In this document: positions 9,648 to 20,206 of the stretch, piece after piece | How positions within the stretch are numbered: the stretch's first letter is position 1 | How the letters are laid out: every line of letters begins with the position of its first letter | Origin: an uncultured delta proteobacterium | Lineage (GTDB): Bacteria > Myxococcota > Myxococcia > Myxococcales > Myxococcaceae | Direction: 5' to 3' | Assembly (NCBI GenBank): GCA_963796055.1 | Contig: CAWCKH010000005.1 | Coordinates: 52,779-116,778 of the forward strand | Length of the DNA: 64,000 nt | Notes under the pieces: generated by a model | What the model was told of the DNA's origin: nothing | What the model saw: only the letters and a program-made list of their open reading frames with translations | The model's database searches: none | Translations under genes and position numbers: made by a program

Positions 9648-10618
9648 CGGGCGATGGACTGGGGGCCGCGGTCGCGCTCGGTGGCGGCGGCGGCCGAGGT
9701 TTCCTCGGCGACGATGTAGAGGGGCCGGCGCTTCACCTGCTCGTAGATCCGACCGACGTACGAGCCCACGATGCCCAGGAGCAGGAACTGCGCCGCCGCG
9801 ATGAGGGTGACGACGATGATCAGCGAGGTCCACCCCTGGATGGTGACGTGCCGGATGTAGTGCTCCTCGAGCGCCCAGGCCGCCACCGCCAGGGAGAAGA
9901 CTCCCACCACCAGGCCGAGCCAGGTGGCAATCCGGAGCGGGACGGTGCTGAAGGAGGTGATGCCGTCCATGGCGAAGCGGGCCATCTTCCCCACCGAGAA
10001 CTTGGTGACCCCGCCCGCCCGCTCGGGGCGGTCGTACTCCACCACCGTCTGACGGAACCCCACCCACGCCACCAGCCCGCGGAGGAAGCGGTGCGTCTCC
10101 TCGAGGCCGCGCATCGCCAGCACCACCCGGCGGGACATCAGCCGGAAGTCCCCCGAATCCGGGACGGTGGGCACGGGCGCGATGGAGGCGAAGAGCCGGT
10201 AGAAGACCCGGGCGGTGAGCGCCTTGAAGGCCGAGTCGTGCTCGCGGCGGCGGCGGCGGGCGTGCACCACGTCGAACCCCCCACGCCAGCGAGCGACGAG
10301 CTCCAGCACCACCTCGGGTGGGTCCTGGAGGTCGGCGTCCATCACCACCACCGCCTCGCCGAGGGCGTGGTCCAGCCCCGCGCTGATGGCCGACTGATGC
10401 CCGAAATTGCGCGAGAGGCTCAGGACCCGGAAGCGCGGGTCGGCGTGGGCCGCATCCTTGAGGAGCCGGAGGCTGCCGTCGGCCGAGCCATCGTCGACGA
10501 AGAGGACCTCGGTGGCGACGTCGAGCACCCCCAGCAGCGCGCGCAGCCGCTCGAGCAGCGCGGGGAGGACCTCCTCCTCGTTGAACACCGGGAGCACCAG
10601 GGACAGGGTCGGAGCCAC
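9644..10618 (-). CDS. polyprenyl-phosphate glycosyltransferase, GT2 family (GtrB/ArnC/DPM1-like)
   Basis: 324 aa. LSLVLPVFNEEE ... FVDDGSADGS ... VVMDADLQDPP catalytic core and two C-terminal TM helices, as in GtrB/ArnC. GTG start at 10618 overlaps the nadK stop by 1 nt. Confidence 0.9.
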   Translation of the reverse strand: MAPTLSLVLPVFNEEEVLPALLERLRALLGVLDVATEVLFVDDGSADGSLRLLKDAAHADPRFRVLSLSRNFGHQSAISAGLDHALGEAVVVMDADLQDPPEVVLELVARWRGGFDVVHARRRRREHDSAFKALTARVFYRLFASIAPVPTVPDSGDFRLMSRRVVLAMRGLEETHRFLRGLVAWVGFRQTVVEYDRPERAGGVTKFSVGKMARFAMDGITSFSTVPLRIATWLGLVVGVFSLAVAAWALEEHYIRHVTIQGWTSLIIVVTLIAAAQFLLLGIVGSYVGRIYEQVKRRPLYIVAEETSAAAATERDRGPQSIAR

Positions 10619-11463
10619 TACCGTTCACCCCAGTGCAGCTTCTGCCGGAGGATGCCGAAGTAGTCGATGTTGGGGTTGCTCACCAGCACCGTCCTGTTCG
10701 GCGAGCGCCACACCTCGAGCCGGTCGCCCTGCTGGAGGGGATGGCCGGTCTGCCCGTCGAGCGTCAGGTAGACGTCTGCCCCCGGGGAGCGGAGCACCAC
10801 GTTCACCACCTGGTCGCCGGGGACCACGAACGGACGCTGCGTCAGGGCGTGGGGACAGATGGGGGCGACCACCGCGCACTCCAGCGCCGGGTGGAGGATG
10901 GGACCGCCGACGGAGAGCGCATAGGCGGTCGAGCCGGTGGGCGTGGCGAGGATCACCCCGTCCGACTTGAAGGTGGTCATGAACTGACCATCGAGGCTCA
11001 CCTCGTGGTCGGCGATGCGGGCCAGGGCGCCCTTGTTGATGACCACGTCGTTGAGGACCTCGTCCTCGAGGAGGACTTCCCCCGCCCGGTGGAGGCGGCA
11101 GGCCAGCTTCATGCGGGTGTGGAGGCGGGCCTTCCCGGACAGCGTCTCGGCGAGCCGCACGAAGGTGTCGGAGCGGGGCACCTCGGTCAGGAAGCCGAGG
11201 GAGCCGAGGTTCACCCCCAGGATGGGCACGCTGCGCCCGCGGACCATCCGGGCGGCGTGGATGAGGGTGCCGTCCCCGCCGAGCACCAGGATGAGCTCGG
11301 CCCGCCGCGCCATCTCCTCGGGCGGGGTGGCCGGCCAGCCGGTCGCCATGGCGAGCTCCGGCTCGGCGAGCAGCTCGAGCTCGGGGAACCGCGCCCGCAC
11401 CTGTTGCGCGAGCGCCACTGCCTCGGCGCTCCCCCGCTTCACCACCACGGCGACCGTCTTCAC
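10618..11463 (-). CDS. nadK: NAD(+) kinase
   Basis: 281 aa with the GGDGT motif (LVLGGDGTLIHAAR) and NAD-kinase C-terminal region (ATPTGSTAYALSVGGPI). GTG start. Confidence 0.9.
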   Translation of the reverse strand: MKTVAVVVKRGSAEAVALAQQVRARFPELELLAEPELAMATGWPATPPEEMARRAELILVLGGDGTLIHAARMVRGRSVPILGVNLGSLGFLTEVPRSDTFVRLAETLSGKARLHTRMKLACRLHRAGEVLLEDEVLNDVVINKGALARIADHEVSLDGQFMTTFKSDGVILATPTGSTAYALSVGGPILHPALECAVVAPICPHALTQRPFVVPGDQVVNVVLRSPGADVYLTLDGQTGHPLQQGDRLEVWRSPNRTVLVSNPNIDYFGILRQKLHWGER

Positions 11464-11500
11464 CTTGGCCCGAAGCTCTTACTACAAGGAGAGCCGAACC

Positions 11501-12826
<1,326 letters not shown>

Positions 12827-13348
12827 TCAGCGTTCGTGGAACTCGAGCACCGTGGCAGTGTCGACGTCGCCGGCCAGGAAGAGCATTCCGTACAGCTTTC
12901 CGGCGGGGTCGTAGCCGAAGCTGAGGAGGTAGGTGTTCCATCCCAACGGGAGGGTCGACCATCCGTCCGCTCCGCGTGAGAGCAGCACCCCATCGGCCTC
13001 GCCCCCCAGCAGAGCCGCCGGGCGCATGCCGGCAGTGTTCGCCGCGATGAGGTGAGGGAGGCCGCAGCAGAGCGTCGGAAGCGGCTTCGGCGACGACCAG
13101 ACCGGGCCCTCGCGGTGGAGAACGAACGCCTCCGTGTCGAACCCGATGCCCTCTTGCCTCACCATCAGATCGAGGCTCGTGGCACCGGCCAGCAGCTCGA
13201 GATCCGGGAGCGAGATCGAGCTCGCCAGCGTGGTCGCCTGCCAGCTCCCGGCGCGCTCCAGCACCAGGAGCCCCTGGTCTCCCGAGGCGGCGACCTCGAT
13301 GCGTCCGTCGGGGGCGACGGCGATCGCCAGCCCGTGGAGGCTGGTCAT
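12827..13348 (-). CDS. hypothetical protein, 3' part of an apparently split secreted-protein gene
   Basis: 173 aa from ATG 13348 (MTSLHGLAIAVAPDGRIEV...). The same frame stays open and coding-like upstream (GYLVESPAATLTP) but has no signal peptide. See the companion ORF 13345..13536. Confidence 0.5.
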   Translation of the reverse strand: MTSLHGLAIAVAPDGRIEVAASGDQGLLVLERAGSWQATTLASSISLPDLELLAGATSLDLMVRQEGIGFDTEAFVLHREGPVWSSPKPLPTLCCGLPHLIAANTAGMRPAALLGGEADGVLLSRGADGWSTLPLGWNTYLLSFGYDPAGKLYGMLFLAGDVDTATVLEFHER

Positions 13349-13536
13349 GGGGGTGAGGGTGGCGGCGGGGGACTCGACCAGGTACCCCGAAGGATGCTCG
13401 AGTCGAGGCCGAAGGCCGGATCCATCGGCGTCGCCGTCATCGCCTCGGCCGCGCCGGACTGCACCACCACCGGGGAGACGGCTCGCAGGGACCCGGCCAG
13501 GACGAGGACGCTGAGGAACCAGGTTCGACGCTGCAT
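13345..13536 (-). CDS. signal-peptide-bearing 5' fragment (63 aa) of the split secreted-protein gene
   Basis: ATG 13536 is preceded by GGGGGAAGG. It encodes a clean signal peptide (MQRRTWFLSVLVLAGSLRA). The frame ends in a Pro run at a TGA that overlaps ATG 13348 (ATGA). One extra base in the C4 run at 13385-13388 would fuse both parts into a single 236-aa protein. Confidence 0.4.
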   Translation of the reverse strand: MQRRTWFLSVLVLAGSLRAVSPVVVQSGAAEAMTATPMDPAFGLDSSILRGTWSSPPPPPSPP

Positions 13537-13578
13537 GCCTTCCCCCCCAGGACCCTTGGACGATCGCTCGGCCGTGGC

Positions 13579-14640
13579 TCAGTCGTGGTCCGCTCCACCG
13601 TGGTCGTCGTCCCGGCTGCCGTCGATGCGGATCTCCGAGATGGTGTACCGGGACACCTGCGCGCACCACTCTGAGTCCGGCGTCACGTACTCCTGGCTGA
13701 AGATGCGCAGGTCGAGGGCGAGGTTGGTCACCAGTAGATGCCGCCCGGCGAAGCGGATGCTCGCCGGGAAGAGGAGACCCACCGGCTCGCCATGACGGAC
13801 CGCGCCGCCGAAGTCACCCAGCTTGGCGATCAGCTTGCCCGCGGGATCGAGCACCACCACGTCGTCCGACTGGTTCTCGGCGACCCAGACGTTGTCGTGG
13901 TCGTCCACGAGCAGCCCGTCCGCTCCGTTGATCGCCTGGGCGAAGATGGCAGGAGAACCTCCGGGGTTACTGCCGACAACGGGAATCTTGAGAACCGTGT
14001 CGCTGCCGGTGTTGGCGACGAACATCGCACTCTCCGCCCGGTTGAAGCGGATCCCGTTGGCCCCGAAGGGGGGGACGCCCGTAGTGCGGAGCAGCGGGTC
14101 GTCGATCCAGGCGGTCGCCACGCCCCCGTTCGGAGGAGCCTTCCAGATGATCCCCTGCGCACTGTCCGAGATGTAGACGTTCCCGGCGTGGTCGAAGGTG
14201 ATGTCATTGAGCCCCGCGCCGCCCGGATGCGGCAAGGCTGGCAGGGTGATGAAGGGCTGCGCAGCGCCGGTTCTCGCATCGACAGCGAGCACCTGACCGG
14301 CGCCGAAGTCGTTCACCAGCAGGACACCGCTGTGTGGATGGAAGCGCAGCCCGAGGAGATGCGGAGTCGAGGGCGTCACCGGGATCTGGCGGACCAGCCG
14401 ACCGTGCTCGTCGAACACCGTGAGCTGTCCCTGGCCGGTGGCGGAGCCGGTGGCGGTGAAGCCGAAGCCGGTCACGTAGACGTGGCCGTGCGGACCGACA
14501 TCGAGCCCCTCGGGGCCGGAGGAGCCGGGCGGCATTACCGCAAAGGTGCGGACCCGCCCGCGATCCCAGGCGTGCGCCGACCCGCCGAGCAAGAGAAAAC
14601 CGAGCGACAGCACCGAGACCGCACGACGCGTTCCGCGCAT
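13579..14640 (-). CDS. secreted SMP-30/gluconolactonase/LRE-like six-bladed beta-propeller protein
   Basis: 353 aa from ATG 14640 (GGGAGGA RBS). Signal peptide MRGTRRAVSVLSLGFLLLGGSAHA. Repeated blade motifs (GPEGLDVGPHGHVYV, NDITFDHAGNVYISD, GANGIRFN, GADGLLVDDHDNVWVAE). Confidence 0.8.
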   Translation of the reverse strand: MRGTRRAVSVLSLGFLLLGGSAHAWDRGRVRTFAVMPPGSSGPEGLDVGPHGHVYVTGFGFTATGSATGQGQLTVFDEHGRLVRQIPVTPSTPHLLGLRFHPHSGVLLVNDFGAGQVLAVDARTGAAQPFITLPALPHPGGAGLNDITFDHAGNVYISDSAQGIIWKAPPNGGVATAWIDDPLLRTTGVPPFGANGIRFNRAESAMFVANTGSDTVLKIPVVGSNPGGSPAIFAQAINGADGLLVDDHDNVWVAENQSDDVVVLDPAGKLIAKLGDFGGAVRHGEPVGLLFPASIRFAGRHLLVTNLALDLRIFSQEYVTPDSEWCAQVSRYTISEIRIDGSRDDDHGGADHD

Positions 14641-15041
14641 GACGTCCTCCCGTCGGATCCGGGACCGGAGGGGCCCCGGCGCGCTGGAAGGAGACGCCCT
14701 GGTGCTGCAGGCCGCAACTGCCGCGGACTGCAGCCGCAGGCGCATGCCAAGTAGATGTCAGACCGACGCGGAGGGGAAGCTCGCTCCGGCACCGGAGCAC
14801 CACGAGTCGGCCCGGGCCGCAGCGCAGATGCTGGGGAGCAAGAGCTGGATCGAGGAGACCAGCCGCGGCGGAGAAGGTCCGACGCAGGCTCGAGGCGGCG
14901 ACACGCCCCGGAGCCTCGACGACTTCGGGTGGCGCCAGCACCGGCGGTGAGCGGGGCCGGCTGCGGCGGCCTCAGGAGTTCGCGCGCTGCTCCGATGACG
15001 CTGCCCAACCGGGTTCGCATCTGACGAGCGCTGCCAAAAGT

Positions 15042-15073
15042 GTCCCGTTCGGGTTCCCTCGAACTTGCGAACC
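15042..15073 (+). repeat. degenerate copy of the intergenic repeat
   Basis: gtcccgttcgggttccctcgaacttgcgaacc resembles the two perfect copies downstream (GTCCSGTTCGGGTTC ... GAACC). Confidence 0.5.
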
Positions 15074-15093
15074 TTTTCCGGACGCTCGGGGGC

Positions 15094-15103
15094 GGGGGGG
15101 GGG
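15094..15103 (+). repeat. G10 homopolymer tract
   Basis: Ten consecutive G residues counted directly in ggcggggggggggtg, inside the long non-coding region. Confidence 0.9.
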
Positions 15104-15120
15104 TGCGCCCTCGCCAGAGC

Positions 15121-15156
15121 GTCCGGTTCGGGTTCGCGAGTGCCTGCCTGGGAACC
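15121..15156 (+). repeat. intergenic direct repeat, copy 1
   Basis: gtccggttcgggttcgcgagtgc (23 nt, 15121-15143) is identical to 15328-15350. Both copies are followed by CTGGGAACC. Confidence 0.9.
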
Positions 15157-15253
15157 AGCTGAGCAGCCGTCCGTGTTGCGAGACGCGGTGTCCAGCCTCC
15201 CCAGTCGCTCGCCCCCTGGGCTCAGCGAGCTCGGAACGCCCGCTCGCGCGCGC

Positions 15254-15269
15254 TGGTTCCCACGTTGCA
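15254..15269 (+). promoter_or_regulatory. candidate sigma-54 (-24/-12) promoter
   Basis: TGGTTCCCACGTTGCA has TGG and TTGCA at the canonical spacing (TGGCAC-N5-TTGCA). It lies between repeat copies 1 and 2, about 150 nt upstream of the AraC-like reading frame. Confidence 0.3.
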
Positions 15270-15327
15270 GCTGCGAAACAATTTCGGACACCTCGGCGGG
15301 TGCCCGGACCCCCCTCCCCTGGCGACC

Positions 15328-15362
15328 GTCCGGTTCGGGTTCGCGAGTGCAACCTGGGAACC
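15328..15362 (+). repeat. intergenic direct repeat, copy 2
   Basis: gtccggttcgggttcgcgagtgc is a perfect 23-nt match to 15121-15143, 207 nt downstream of copy 1. Confidence 0.9.
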
Positions 15363-15421
15363 CGCGCGGACGCAAATCGTCCTTTTGTGCGCGTGCGCGC
15401 TTCTTGCTTCGGCCCCCGCGA

Positions 15422-16287
15422 ATGGATGAAGCAAGCGATGCGCTCGAAGATGCACTGACCGAGCTGCGCTTCCGTTGCGCCCTTCTCGACGAGGGCCCGG
15501 TTCCGAGCCCGGGGCGCCGGGCGTTCCCGGTGGACGCCATCTCGCTCCACGTCCCGCTCGCGGGTCGCTGTCACATCGATGTGGCCCTTCCGGTCTGGGT
15601 CCATCGGCTCGAGCCCGGGGAGATCCTCGTGGTGAACCAGGGTGTGGACGGCGCGCTCCGCGCGACCTCCGACGGCAGCCCGCGGCCGAAGGTTCTCTCC
15701 ATGCGTGTCGACTTCGATGCTCCACAGGGGCATCCGCTGCTCGACTCTCTCCCTCCGCTCATCCGCGCCACCGTCCGCAAGGTCCCCGCGCCTGGGTCAT
15801 TCGAGCCGCTTCTTGCGGCACTCCTCGCCGAGTACACGATGCCCATGCTCGGTCGCAGGGAGGTCTCGCGGGCTCTATGCACCTCCATGACCTCGACTGG
15901 ACCAACAAGGGCTGGCTGCGGGCGCTCGCCGATCCGGTGATCAAAGGGCAGCTGACTCCGCCGGCACCGGCGGGCCCCGGCTCCGAGACGGTCCGCAGTC
16001 TGGCGGATGCATCGGGGCGCTCGGAACGTCGCATCCGCGCGCGGTTTGCGAAGTTCGCCGGCTCGAGTCCCTCTGAGCTCATCCGGCACTCGCGTGCGCG
16101 CCGAGCGGCGAGGCTGCTCCTCGACGGCGAGACTGATCTCGCGCTGATCGCGCGCCTAACCGGCTATCGCACCCGTCAAGCCTTTTGTCGTGCGTTCAAG
16201 CGCGAGCTCGGCGTCTCACCCGCAGCGTACTGGCGGAGCGCGAACGGCCGGCGCTTCCCTCGCAAGCCCAAGGGACCGAAGAAGTGA
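15422..16287 (+). pseudogene. AraC-family transcriptional regulator, frameshifted
   Basis: The N-terminal cupin-type sensor domain (MDEASDALEDALTELRFRCALL ... LEPGEILVVNQG) is in one frame and stops at 15940. The C-terminal double-HTH (WLRALADPVI ... IARLTGYRTRQAFCRAFKRELGVSPAAYW) is in another frame ending at 16287. The linker is shorter than in intact homologues, which suggests a deletion near 15875-15890. Confidence 0.65.
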
Positions 16288-16331
16288 CGAGTTGAGGCCG
16301 AATCGTCCGCGGCGGCGGGTGCCAATCGGAC

Positions 16332-17090
16332 TCAGACGAGCGGAGTGACCCGGCCGAGTCGCAATGAGAGCGGCCAGCGGATGAGGCGCGCCATCGCCGG
16401 ATCGCCCCACCCGGCCCGCAGCTCGTCGCCGAAGCGATCGAACTCGGCTCCGCGACCGGCCCTCCGGAGTGACTGCACCGCAGACCAGGTGCCCACGTAC
16501 CCGAGCAGCTGCTCGGCATTCCAGCGGTGCTCGAGCGCGAGGGCCGGTGCTTCCACCGGCTCGAACGGGAAAGGCAGCGAGCGGTAACCCTCGTCGACGA
16601 GCCGGCGTTCGGGGGGCCAGTGGCCCTCGAGCGTCTTCCGGTAGAACTGATCGACGATCCATCCGATCTGAGGCTCCGCCTCCATCACCGCGTAGGTGAC
16701 GAGGGCAATGAGGCCACCGGGCCGGGCCACCCGGCGGACTTCCTGGTAGTAGGCGTCGAGGTCGAACCAGTGAACCGCCTGCGCCGCCACGGCACAGTCG
16801 ACGCTCCCGTCGTCAAGTCCGCTCGCCTCGGCCGGGGCCACCGCGTAACGCACCGCGGGGTGCGGTGTCGCAGCGGCGATCTGTGCGGCACTTGCATCCG
16901 TCGCCACCACGCTCTCGAACACCTCACCGAGCACCGCCGAGAGCTGCCCCGATCCGCAACCTGCGTCCCAGGCGAGGCCGCGTCCCGGCGACCGCGCGGC
17001 CAGGGCCTCGGCCACTGCGCGCGGATACACCGGGCGGTGCGCGGCGTATCCGGTTGCCGTGGCCGAGAAGTGGTCCTTGAACCCGCTCAT
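16332..17090 (-). CDS. class I SAM-dependent methyltransferase
   Basis: 252 aa from ATG 17090 (MSGFKDHF...). SAM-binding motif I (AWDAGCGSGQLS) and post-I/II motifs (VATDAS, VDCAVAAQAVHWF). The ORF-track start 17366 is an N-terminal extension. Confidence 0.85.
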   Translation of the reverse strand: MSGFKDHFSATATGYAAHRPVYPRAVAEALAARSPGRGLAWDAGCGSGQLSAVLGEVFESVVATDASAAQIAAATPHPAVRYAVAPAEASGLDDGSVDCAVAAQAVHWFDLDAYYQEVRRVARPGGLIALVTYAVMEAEPQIGWIVDQFYRKTLEGHWPPERRLVDEGYRSLPFPFEPVEAPALALEHRWNAEQLLGYVGTWSAVQSLRRAGRGAEFDRFGDELRAGWGDPAMARLIRWPLSLRLGRVTPLV

Positions 17091-17362
17091 CCTGCTCCGA
17101 CCTACCTCGCCCCGCCGCTGCGTGCACGCAACAGGCGCATGCCACGCCGGCACGGCGACCGTGGTCTCCGGTGCGACCATGGACTTTGCTGCGGTTCCCC
17201 TGAGCGCCCGGGAGCGCGTAGGCCGCTCAAAGCGTGCCCACCGGCCCCACGCCCTGCCTTCCGCCGTCCACCCGGGGCCGTGCCCGAACGCCCGGACCGA
17301 GAGAGCGCCGCAGAGGTCATCCCCGCGGCCGACAGACCCGGGCACCGGTCGCGGCTCAGCGT

Positions 17363-18649
17363 TCACCGATCAGCCCGCACCGTGACCGCGAGCTCTCCTC
17401 GGGGCACGACCGCATCCACCAGGGTGGCGGTTTCACCGACCGCCTCGACGGTGATCGGCCCTTCCCCTCCCAGTGTGGCAGCGAGCTCGCTCCCGGTGGG
17501 CCAGGTGCCCGTCTCGGCCCGGAGGAGGTCGGCGGTGACGGCGCCTCGGAGCAGCTGCAGCTGTGCCCGCCCCCGCGCATCCGAGCGCGCAACCCGGCCG
17601 AGCTGCGGCAGGGCGAACGCCGCCCGGGGATTCATCCACGGCCGCTCCCCCGCCGCGAGCACGTCGAGCCGCTCGGCCCGTGCCGGCATGGGCAGGCCTG
17701 CCGCCTTCACCGCCGCGGCAAGACGGGCGTCGATGCGGTGCCACGCATCCCCGAGGGCCAGGGCAAAGCGCCAGTCCGTCCGCCCGCTGGGAGCATTCTC
17801 CCGGGCCCATGCCGCCACCGACTCCGGCAACCCGTCCGGCGGCGCCAGGTACGGAGCGAAGGCCCGCGCACGCGCCCCGAGCGCGTACTCGGCCATGATC
17901 ACGCCGAGCGCCGGCGTCCCCTCCTCCACCCGGCCGAGCGCAAGGGCCGCGGAGCGCTTCACCTCGGTGGGGGCGGCGTCGAGGGCTGCGACGCATGGCC
18001 GGAACGCCACCTCCTCCACGGCCAGGGCGGGGAGCCGCCCGGCGAGGCCGGCCCCCCACGAGGCGTCGCGGGCGAGCGCCTGGAGATCGACGCAGACGCG
18101 CACCGCACCCGCCGCATCCCTCAGGGACATCAGCTGACGGACGTGGAGCGCTCCGAGCTTCCCCGCGTAGGGCAAGGTGGCCCAGCCGCGCGGACGCGCC
18201 ACAGGCGTCGGCGTGTCGAGCGTCCCCAGACCCGGAGGAGGACCGGCCTCGGCGGCATGGGTCGCCGCCAGGAGCGCGCCCAGCGGCCCAGCCCCGGCGT
18301 CGAGCTCACGCCGGCACGAGGGGGAGAGCGCATCGAAGGGCCGTTCCCCCTCCCGCACCGCCCGGCACAGCTCGACGTCCGCCGATGCCGCCTGCAGCTC
18401 GGCGAGCGCGTCCCAGGCCCGCGCAGCAGATGCACCGAAGGTCCCCGGCTCGGGGGACGGGAGGTGCGGCGGACGCGGAAAGCGAGCGGCGGCTCGCGCC
18501 TGGAGGTCGCGGCGGAGCGCCCGCGCTGGCCCGGCCGTCGACGTCCGCCAGAGCGCCACGCCCACCAGGACGACCACCGCCACCATCACCAGCCAGAGTG
18601 CACCTTGCAGCCGTCGCGCCGCCCGCTCACGCATCAGGGCGGCGCACAC
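17363..18649 (-). CDS. hypothetical membrane-anchored protein
   Basis: 428-aa ORF with one N-terminal TM helix (ALWLVMVAVVVLVGVALW) and an Ala/Leu/Arg-rich soluble body. I recognise no motif. An alternative start is ATG 18634. Confidence 0.55.
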   Translation of the reverse strand: MCAALMRERAARRLQGALWLVMVAVVVLVGVALWRTSTAGPARALRRDLQARAAARFPRPPHLPSPEPGTFGASAARAWDALAELQAASADVELCRAVREGERPFDALSPSCRRELDAGAGPLGALLAATHAAEAGPPPGLGTLDTPTPVARPRGWATLPYAGKLGALHVRQLMSLRDAAGAVRVCVDLQALARDASWGAGLAGRLPALAVEEVAFRPCVAALDAAPTEVKRSAALALGRVEEGTPALGVIMAEYALGARARAFAPYLAPPDGLPESVAAWARENAPSGRTDWRFALALGDAWHRIDARLAAAVKAAGLPMPARAERLDVLAAGERPWMNPRAAFALPQLGRVARSDARGRAQLQLLRGAVTADLLRAETGTWPTGSELAATLGGEGPITVEAVGETATLVDAVVPRGELAVTVRADR

Positions 18650-18655
18650 TGCCAG

Positions 18656-18696
18656 AAAAAGCGAGGGCCCGCCCGGCGCGCGCCGGGCAGGCCCTC
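18656..18696 (-). terminator. intrinsic terminator of the histidine kinase / NtrC operon
   Basis: On the minus strand, GAGGGCCTGCCCGGCG-CG-CGCCGGGCGGGCCCTC forms a hairpin of about 14 bp followed by GCTTTTT. It sits 65 nt downstream of the NtrC-type gene stop. Confidence 0.7.
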
Positions 18697-18760
18697 TTGT
18701 CCCCGTCAGGGACGCCGCCCGGGTCGCAGTGCCCGGGCTGACGGCCCTCCGGATGGTCTC

Positions 18761-20205
<1,445 letters not shown>

Positions 20206-20206
<1 letters not shown>

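Noticed and set aside
8076-10628. 850-aa ORF in the track that spans two genes
   Set aside because: Its first roughly 325 residues are Arg/Gly/Pro-rich wrong-frame translation across the GT2 gene. The coding-like part begins at MTTDVWPQRWF (ATG 9647), which overlaps the GT2 stop.
14758-15540. 260-aa and 253-aa minus-strand ORFs in the long gap upstream of the AraC-like gene
   Set aside because: Ser/Arg/Pro-rich with no start context. The repeated TREPEPD peptides are simply the translated 23-bp DNA repeats. I treated the region as non-coding.
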